Of a stretch of DNA of 64,000 nt, positions 57,101 through 64,000 are shown in pieces. The notes below the pieces were generated by a model. The model was not told the origin of the DNA. It did not search any database and was given only the letters and a program-made list of their open reading frames with translations. A program made the position numbers and the translations under genes. This stretch comes from Felis catus. Its lineage: Eukaryota. The stretch's first letter is position 1. Every line of letters starts with the position of its first letter. The stretch spans positions 16,246,001 through 16,310,000 of the forward strand of contig NC_058369.1 of the NCBI RefSeq assembly GCF_018350175.1. Direction: 5' to 3'.

Positions 57101-60100
57101 ATTTTTTGGAATACTTTAAGAAAGATAGGTATTAACTCTTCTTTAAATGTTTGATAGAATTCATCTGTGAAGCCATCTGGTTCTGGACTTTTGTTTGTTG
57201 GGAGTTTTTTGATTACTGATTCACTTTCACTACTAGTAATCAGCCTGTTCCAATTTTTTTTTTTCTTCCTGACTCATGCTTGGAAGATTGTATGCTTCTA
57301 GGAATTTATCCATTTTCTTTGTATTTCTGTGGTGTTGGTTGAACTTCTCTTTCATTTCTGATTTTGAGTCTTCTCTCATTTCCTTGATAAGTCTAGCTAA
57401 AGTTTATCAATTTTACATTTTCAAAGAGCCAGCTCTTAGTTTCACTGATCTTTTCTATTGTTTCTTCAGTCTCTGTTTTATTTGTATCACTCCAATATTC
57501 ATTATTTCCTTCTACTTTGTTCTTATTCCTTCCTTTGTTCTTATTCTCGTTCCTTCAGGTGTAAAATTAGATCGTCTCAGATTTTGTTTCTTGATGTAGG
57601 CCTGCATTACTATAAACTTGCCTCTTAGAACTGCTTTTTAAAGCATTCCCAATTTTGTTTATTTTTTTTGGAAAAACTGCTCATTACTTTCAGTGTTATG
57701 TTATTGTTTATTCTGGTCTCTATTTATTTCTGATTTTTTTATCTCCTTCTTCTACTAAATTTCAGCTGTTTCTTCTTTTTCTGGTTCCTTGTGGTGTAAT
57801 GTTGTTTATTTGAACTTTTCCTCTTTATACGAGCATTTATAGCATAAATTTTACTCTAATATCTGCTTTTGCTGCATCCCATAGGTTTTGGAATATTGTA
57901 TTTTCCTTTCTTTTGAGACATATTTTAATTTGCCATTTTATTTCTTATTTGGCCCATTGCTTGTGCAGTAGTGTGTTAATATTTACAGATTAAATATTTA
58001 ATATACACATTGTAGACTTTCCAGCTTCGTTTTACCGTTGTTGATCTTTAGTTTTATACCACTGTGGTTGGAAACTATCCTTGGTATGATTTCAGTCTTC
58101 TTAAATTTGTAATATTTATTATGTCTCTTTTTGTGGGATTTAACCAGAGGATTCTTCTATGTGTACTTGAGGAAAATGTGTATTCTATTTTTGTTGGGTG
58201 GAATGTTTTATATTTATCTTTTAGAACCATATATTCTGAAATATGCTTCAAGTAGAAAAAATGTTCTTGTTGGAAAAAAGCGGTAACTTTAACTGAGGGT
58301 ATTCATTTAAAATAAAACATGTCAGAGGGGAGGTGGGTGGGGGGTGGGTGGAACAGATAAAGGGGATTAAGAGTACACTTATCATAATGAGCACTGAGTC
58401 ACGATGTATGAAATGGTTGAATCACTATATTGTACACCTGAAACTAATATAACACTGTATGTTAACTATACTGGAATTAAAATTAAACACTTAATAAGTT
58501 TTTTAAAAAACTGCTTTTGCTGCATCTCAAAGATTTTGAACCATTGTATTTCCATTTTCATTTGTCTCGAGGTATTTTTTAATTTCCTCTTTGATTTCTT
58601 CACTGACCTGTTATTTATTTGGTAGCGTGTTGTTTAGCCTCCACGTTTCTGTTTTCTCCAGTTCTGGGTTGTTTTTTTTTTTTTTTTTTTCTTGTCACTG
58701 ATCTCTAGTTTCATACTGTTGTGGTCAGAAAAGATGCTTGATAGGGTTTCAGTCTTCTTGAATTCACTGAAACTTGCTTTGTGGCCTAACATGTGATCAA
58801 GCTCTCCTGGAGAATGTTGTATGTGCACATGAAAAGGAAGTGTATGCTGCCGTCTTTTGTTTTTTGATGGAATGTTCCATATATATGTTTTTTTTCTGTA
58901 TATTAAGTCCATCTGGTCTTGACTTCAATAAAATCTAAACTGCTGCTCAGCAAAGGACAGTGTAAACATAATGAAAAGATAAATTAAAAAACCGGGACAA
59001 GGTATCGGCCATATACACAAGGAACACAGAACCAAGATCCAAAATATAAAATATAATAAAAAGAGAAAGGCAAACAATAGAAAATGTGCAGAACAGCTGA
59101 GCAAGTGATTCATAGAAGAAGAATCACGAATGGAGAACGCACACAGGAAGCGACGCATAGCTGCACTGGTCACTGGGGACACACGCTGCAACCACAATGG
59201 GATACTATTGCTCTGTTTCTCATCTAACAGGATGGAAAACGTTTTATAGTCTGACAATACCAAAAATGTTGCCAACAGTATGGAACAGAATTCTCAAACA
59301 CTGATGTAAGAATATGGATTAACACGATCCCTTTGGAAAACAATTGGCAAAAACAATTTTAATTTTTTTAATGTTTTATTTATTTTTTTGAGAGAGACAG
59401 GGACAGAATGCAAGTAGGTTAGGGACAGAGAGAGAGGGAGACACAGAATCCAAAGCAGGCTCCAGGCTCCGAGCTGTCAGCACAGAGCTTGATGCGGGGC
59501 TCGAACCCACAAGCCGTGAGATCATGACCTGAGCCAAAGTCAGACACTCAGCCGACTGAGCCACTCAGGCGCCCCTTAATATTTTTTTTCTATCGAGAGA
59601 GAGAGAGCAGGGAATGGGCAGAGAGAGAGAGAGAGAGAGAGAGAATCCCAAGCAGGCTCCATGCTGTCAGCACAGAGCCTGATGTGGGGATCGAACTCAT
59701 GAACCATGAGATCATGATCTGAGCTGAACCAAGAGTCAGATGCTCCACCAACTGAGCCCTCCACCGCCCCAGCAAAAACTATTAAAGATGAAGGCATGCA
59801 CAGCCTATGACCCCCCAGTTCCCTGCAGGACACATCCTGTCGAGAAATTCTGGAACACGTAAATAGGGAGATGTGTGTAAGAATATTCAGAGCAGCAGTT
59901 TGTGATATGAAAAAAACCCTGAAAACCACCTCAATGCTATAAACAATAGAGTGTATAAATTGTGACATGGTCACAAGAGAATATCCTAGCTCGAGATGTC
60001 AATTAATGAATGAGAGCTGCACTTTTCAATAGGGATAAATCTCAAAAACAATGTTGAACCGAAGATGCAAGAGACAGACACACGCTTACGGAACGATGCC

Positions 60101-61948
60101 ATTTATGAAAACCAGTTCTGCCAGCACCGGGCCCCCATCTGGGCATGTGACTGATGTTCAGAAATGTCCAAGAGACCTGAAGAGCATTGCCATTATTACC
60201 ATTATTGTGGACAGGCACAAGGAGTTTTTTCACCCTATTTTACAGACTTGGAAACTGAAGGCCGAGGAAAGGAGACCTTCCTCAGGTCACCCAGTGCCGT
60301 GTGAGAAGGAAGACGCGATCCCTGAAAGTCCCCTGCCTCCCCTGGGCCACACACCCCGCACCTGACAAGAGTCCATGCCCAATTCTGAGGAGGCACACAG
60401 CGTGTCCTTCCCAATGAACTTCTTCTCTTTCTTCAAGAAGAGAAACTGGTACTGCTGACGGCAGATACCGTTGCTGACGATCCTGACAGCCACCTCCTGA
60501 AGACTGTAGGGGCTACTTGAGGTTTCTGAAGAGACAGAGAGAGAGACAGAGAGAGACAGAGAGATCCTGCCTCATCATCCCTTCAACTATTTGACACATC
60601 TCCATCTTGAAGTTGTCCACATTCACCAGGGTTGTGAGACAGGGCTACTGTCCCGGGATGGTGATTTATAAAGGCCCCATCCCACAGCCTGACTTTTGAA
60701 ACACCCAAACTCCTCAGAAAGACCAAGCAAAAGCTGCCCAGGGGGCTCAGAGCAGCATCTAAGCCCTGAATGAGGACCAGGAGAGACTACTGCAATAGTT
60801 CAGGTTTCAACAAGGGTGAAACCCTGCTCCACGGCTACCTGCCAAGGTGTCAAGACCCAGGAGCCCAAAATGTGCCATCCCCTGGAGGGCAGGATCCCAC
60901 AAACACTCCTCGATTCTAGGACTCTAGGGTGGCACCAACCAGGGATTATTGGTGCCTTGAGGTAACAAGTATGTATGATGGCTGTCCAGTGCCTCAACAC
61001 TTCCTGAGATCATGGCCCATGTGCCATGTAGACAGGGAATCCCATTAATGGCCCAGGATTAATTTCCCTGCCATGCTGCAAGGTGAGGGGTTGGCACTGG
61101 ATTTAACTCTGGGAACTGAGGCCCACGTAGCCCATGTGTGTCCTTGACACTAGAGCACTATGGATCTCTTCCTATCAGCAAAGGTCAGGATAGTGTGTAG
61201 CAAGCGTAAGTGCTCGGGAATGTTCACTGAGGGACTGAACGAGTGAAGAAGGGAATGAACAAACGAGCCCACGTCAGAGCTGTGTTCCGAAGAGTCTGCA
61301 GTCTTGGGACCTCTGCCTGCCTTTACTCACCTTGTTCATTTTTATGTCCCCACCCGATCACCCAGCACATGGTCCCGAGCGAGAGCTTGAATTTGGTGTT
61401 GGGTAGGCAGACAGGCTGGATGAGGGGGGACCAGGAGATGGGGTCCCTGAGCTTCAGGAGGGCAATGTCCTGGGATAGGAGGTCGTGGAAATCCTCGTGG
61501 ATCACGATGCGAGTGAGCAGGAGCCAAGTGCCGTTTTCTGAGACCTGCTGGACTCCCACCCTCACGGAGTACTTTTTGGGGTCCTTGGATCTACAGGGCC
61601 ATAGGTAGGAGGCAGATTGCCAGCAGTGAGGCCATACGTGGTTGCAGACACACAGACTGAGCACAGGGTAACCCAGTCAGGCCCCTACTCCCAGATCCCC
61701 AGATCTACTGGGCACCAGCCCCCACGCCAGAAAGCAAAGCCCCTGGGAACGGCTGGCCACCCCGACTGACCTCTCTAGGCAGTGCGCGGCCGTGAGGACC
61801 CACTGATGGTGGATGAGGGAGCCGCTGCAGATGTACGCGCCCAGAAACAGGATGCTCACCTGCCATGGCCACTTGCCTACCTCTACCAGCTTCCCCTTCA
61901 CCATCTTGCAGGCGATGTTGGTGTGACCACAGGCCTGGAACCAGGGCT
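41641..61948 (-). CDS. PRSS46: Serine protease 46; four intact protease-domain exons, first (signal-peptide) exon not located
   Basis: join(61948-61771, 61590-61331, 60525-60362, 41889-41641) = 851 nt, GT-AG, in phase, no stops. [60 protein letters not shown]-terminal hydrophobic tail. Resembles mouse Prss46 as recalled; lies immediately upstream of PRSS50. Confidence 0.9.
42651..42868 (-). mobile_element. CAN-SINE (SINEC_Fc-like)
   Basis: Full body in reverse; TSD gaagcatatg(g)tttt on both sides. Confidence 0.93.
42895..43125 (+). mobile_element. CAN-SINE (SINEC_Fc-like)
   Basis: ggggcacctgggtggctcag head, long (CT)n, A tail. Confidence 0.93.
43340..45140 (+). mobile_element. LINE-1 5'UTR and degraded ORF1 N-terminal part
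   Basis: GC-richer 5'UTR starting gacttccggggaag; ORF1-like [13 protein letters not shown] at ~44791 and [14 protein letters not shown]; coiled-coil-type atagtagactagaggaagcagaagaatggatcagtgacctgg. Confidence 0.75.
45141..46050 (+). mobile_element. LINE-1 ORF2 C-terminus and 3'UTR fragment (interrupted by a SINE)
   Basis: [21 protein letters not shown]..., [29 protein letters not shown]...[22 protein letters not shown]. Confidence 0.9.
45553..45765 (+). mobile_element. CAN-SINE inserted in L1
   Basis: SINE body; TSD gatgtggtat on both sides. Confidence 0.92.
46051..46680 (+). mobile_element. LINE-1 ORF1 C-terminus, spacer and start of the ORF2 endonuclease (degraded)
   Basis: accaccaagccagccctatacgaaacgttaaaggggatgctttaa ([14 protein letters not shown]), then attacttagaatgtaaatggactaaat (IT*NVNGLN). 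Confidence 0.75.
46690..46940 (+). mobile_element. CAN-SINE
   Basis: Head, (CT)n, A tail. Confidence 0.9.
47977..48185 (+). mobile_element. CAN-SINE (SINEC_Fc-like)
   Basis: SINE body; TSD aacaacaaaat. Confidence 0.9.
49696..50050. mobile_element. Nested CAN-SINEs: a minus-strand copy (~49734-49950) inside an older plus-strand copy
   Basis: Plus head 49696-49733, reverse SINE, then the plus body resumes; degenerate TSD gagcatccaactct/gagtgtgcgactct. Confidence 0.82.
50485..50862. repeat. (TA)n-rich low-complexity array with repeated caaggtaaatatatatat units, ending in (TG)n
   Basis: Read directly from the sequence. Confidence 0.92.
51058..51497. mobile_element. Nested CAN-SINEs: a plus-strand copy (51232-51462) inside an older minus-strand copy
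   Basis: Reverse SINE 51058-51230, plus SINE, then the remaining reverse head ...gagcctgccaggctcccc. Confidence 0.8.
53040..53455 (+). mobile_element. Ancient L1 (L1M-type) 3' fragment
   Basis: gatgtagagaaaagggcactcatatactgttggtattagtgtaaatgg motif. Confidence 0.6.
53483..53708 (+). mobile_element. CAN-SINE with internal (TG)n expansion
   Basis: SINE body; TSD aaataaaaactaga. Confidence 0.92.
54003..54195 (+). mobile_element. CAN-SINE
   Basis: Head, (CT)n, A tail. Confidence 0.88.
54672..54882 (+). mobile_element. CAN-SINE
   Basis: ggggcgcctgggtggctc head and tail. Confidence 0.9.
54900..58920 (-). mobile_element. Degraded, composite LINE-1 ORF2 fragments (RT and C-terminal regions)
   Basis: Minus-strand ORFs [23 protein letters not shown]...[81 protein letters not shown]; many stops. 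Confidence 0.9.
58325..58490 (+). mobile_element. L1 3'-end fragment inserted in opposite orientation
   Basis: gttgaatcactatattgtacacctgaaactaatataacactgtatgttaactatactggaattaaaa is a typical L1 3' terminus. Confidence 0.75.
59357..59770 (-). mobile_element. Two tandem CAN-SINEs (59357-59575 and 59576-59770) sharing one outer TSD
   Basis: Two reverse SINE bodies; flanks gcaaaaacaatt/gcaaaaactatt. Confidence 0.88.
60362..60525 (-). CDS. PRSS46: PRSS46 coding exon ([17 protein letters not shown]...LGMDSCQ)
   Basis: 164 nt, cttcag|...|gtgcgg. Confidence 0.9.
61331..61590 (-). CDS. PRSS46: PRSS46 coding exon ([12 protein letters not shown]...DIALLKL...GWGHKNEQ)
   Basis: 260 nt, tgtag|...|gtgagt. 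Confidence 0.92.
61771..61948 (-). CDS. PRSS46: PRSS46 coding exon ([11 protein letters not shown]...LTAAHCLE)
   Basis: 178 nt, ccttag|...|gtcagt. Confidence 0.92.
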
Positions 61949-64000
61949 CTAAGGAAAAAGGTAGAAAGGGGGCCATGCCAGGCCTGTGCAGACTCTCAAG
62001 ACCACTGCACACGGCAGCAGACTATCGAGGAAGAGAGAGCCACATTCTGGCCACCACACACGTGGGGAAGGGCTTCGCATACAGCCCTGCAAATGACAAA
62101 GGCCTAGAGGCAGCAGATGCCCCACATGTTAAAGCAGTCCCCCACACAATGGGAACTGGACGGCCACCACCCCCAGGGTTTCTCTCTGCCCGCTCGTTTA
62201 CACAAGCAGATGGCTAGGGGAGTGAAGGAGGAGACTCATCCGAGGAGTGAGTTGCCAGTCAAGGGATAAGTGATGGGGCACAAGTGAGCAGGACAGCTTA
62301 TGGCTGTGGTCAGAAAGCAATGGACAGTGATGTCGCCTGGTACAACTCCAGCGCCTGCATTCGCAGGTCACCTCCCCGAGGTGTGCTCTCTGTGACCATA
62401 TGAGAAAGTGAGTAGAGATGCTTGTCAACCCCCTCCTTGCCCCGCCCCACCCCCAACAGCAGGAGTGGGAGAAGAGGGAGCTGTGCTGAACTGGTTTAAG
62501 ACTGAGATCTTGAACTGGACCATCTCGGACTGGTATTTAATAACTGAACATCGAGGACAGGAGAGGGAGAGATTCTGCAGCAAAGGCTGGAGACCAAGAT
62601 TAAAGACAAATAAAAAGGGTTTTTTGGATCTAGCCTGCTGTCAAGGTTGGACTGGCCAACAAGCTGCTAACATGCAGTCACAGATCCTCATGGAGGCAAA
62701 GCTAGACATGTGTTTACGACGTCAGAAGCTGGCATGATTCCAGAAAGTCTGTTTCCCTCAGCAGCTCAGTGTGCAATGCCAAGCAGGGCATCAGGGACTC
62801 AGCAGCAGTAACCAAGGCCTGTCCTTGCCTAGAGAGGGTCCCTGATGGCGGTGGAGGGGTCCACTGATAAACAGACAAGATTAATAGCCTATGATGACCC
62901 CGACACATTAGTGGAAACATCTGGTGTGCCCTGCCTCACAGAAACACCCCCCACACACACACCATTGATGTTTTGGCTCATTCTGCTATGTCCCAGGGCT
63001 CCTGGTACCATCAGGTGTAGATGGTCAGCTCCCTTGCCACAGACTTCCGCGGCTAAATACCTTTACCCTCAACCAGGGTCTTCCCCACGGGCCCCCACAT
63101 CTCCACTGAGTTTTGTCCTGCCTTGCTTTCTCAAGGCTCCACTCTTGCCCATGTCCCTATCCAATGGCTTGCTGTCCTATTTTCCATTTCCCCCCAAGGG
63201 GGAGCCGCATTTCCAGCTCTTCTCACATGCTGTGGTAGGTCCGTGGCTATCTTGTGATTTGGATTACAGCCTGCCCCAATGGGGGCTGTTCCACTTTGGG
63301 GGGGAAGAGGAGTTCCAGCGGCTTGCCCTCTCCTTTCTCACAAAGCTGAGGGCCCCATGGAGCCAGGGTCTTGCAGAATGAGCCTCACCACCTAAAAAGT
63401 GACAGTCCTAGGGGGCGGGGTTGGGCTTCACCGCCACACTCCGCACCCTCAGTGTGTTCCCCAGGCTCGGGGAACAACAGTCCTCAGAGCTCACATCCAA
63501 GACACAGACTCCCACCTCCTTACACAGGATTTGCAGGATTCAGCCTGGAGATGCCAGCACCAAGGACAGCGGTTCAGTCAGAGGGGAGCCATGATGGATT
63601 GTTTGGGGGTGTGAGGTGTCGCGGATCAACCTCGCCATAGACACAGCATCACCATCACACACACAGGGAACACTCAGTGGCTAGAGTCTACTGAAAACCA
63701 GTATTGAACCCTGGCTCCACAAGCCACCTAAGTCCCCTGGGCCTTGGTTTCCCGTTGTGAAATGGAGACACTGGTAAAGGCCACCTCACAGGGTGTTGAG
63801 ACCTTACAGAGGGTGAACAGTCACTCATAGCTCACACATTGTCATCCTAAGTCCTGGTTCTCCTAGATTGCACCTCCCAAACAAGCTCATCTGATCCCCG
63901 TCTGTTAGCTTGTTCCCCGATTTCTAACAAGACTCTTCCTTCATGTTCACGGTCACCCTTGCCAACTGGAAGTGCTTCGACACTATCTGGGCCCCTAAGT

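Noticed and set aside
63520..63650. Candidate PRSS46 first exon (minus-strand donor gtaagg near 63522; faint peptide resemblance such as YGEVDPRHL)
   Set aside because: No ATG-initiated open frame reaches the donor in the required phase 1, and the resemblance is too weak. The true first exon may lie outside the window.

Overview
Mammalian genomic DNA, most likely a felid (cat family), judged from the many feline-type tRNA-derived CAN-SINEs (SINEC_Fc-like). The gene order matches the human 3p21.31 block. ALS2CL is on the minus strand (non-coding exon 1 at a CpG island near 19.7 kb, then 23 coding exons, the last running off the left edge). TMIE is on the plus strand and complete (154 aa). PRSS50/TSP50 is on the minus strand and complete (381 aa). 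PRSS46 is on the minus strand with 4 intact protease-domain exons; its first exon was not located. All exons were traced by hand with GT-AG boundaries and consistent phases. The first ~42 kb is GC-rich; 42-60 kb is one 18.5-kb AT-rich PRSS46 intron packed with nested L1 and SINE insertions. I found no evidence of a wholly new biological system. The most interesting signals are: (1) PRSS50 has a His/Asn/Ser triad here, against His/Asp/Thr in human TSP50; (2) PRSS46, a pseudogene in human, has an open reading frame with a His/Asp/Ser triad but a non-canonical active-site motif; (3) PRSS50 has an in-frame, stop-free 78-nt intron; (4) a head-to-head inverted SINE pair shares non-consensus variants. 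Comparisons with human and mouse proteins and with repeat consensus sequences are from memory and need alignment to confirm.
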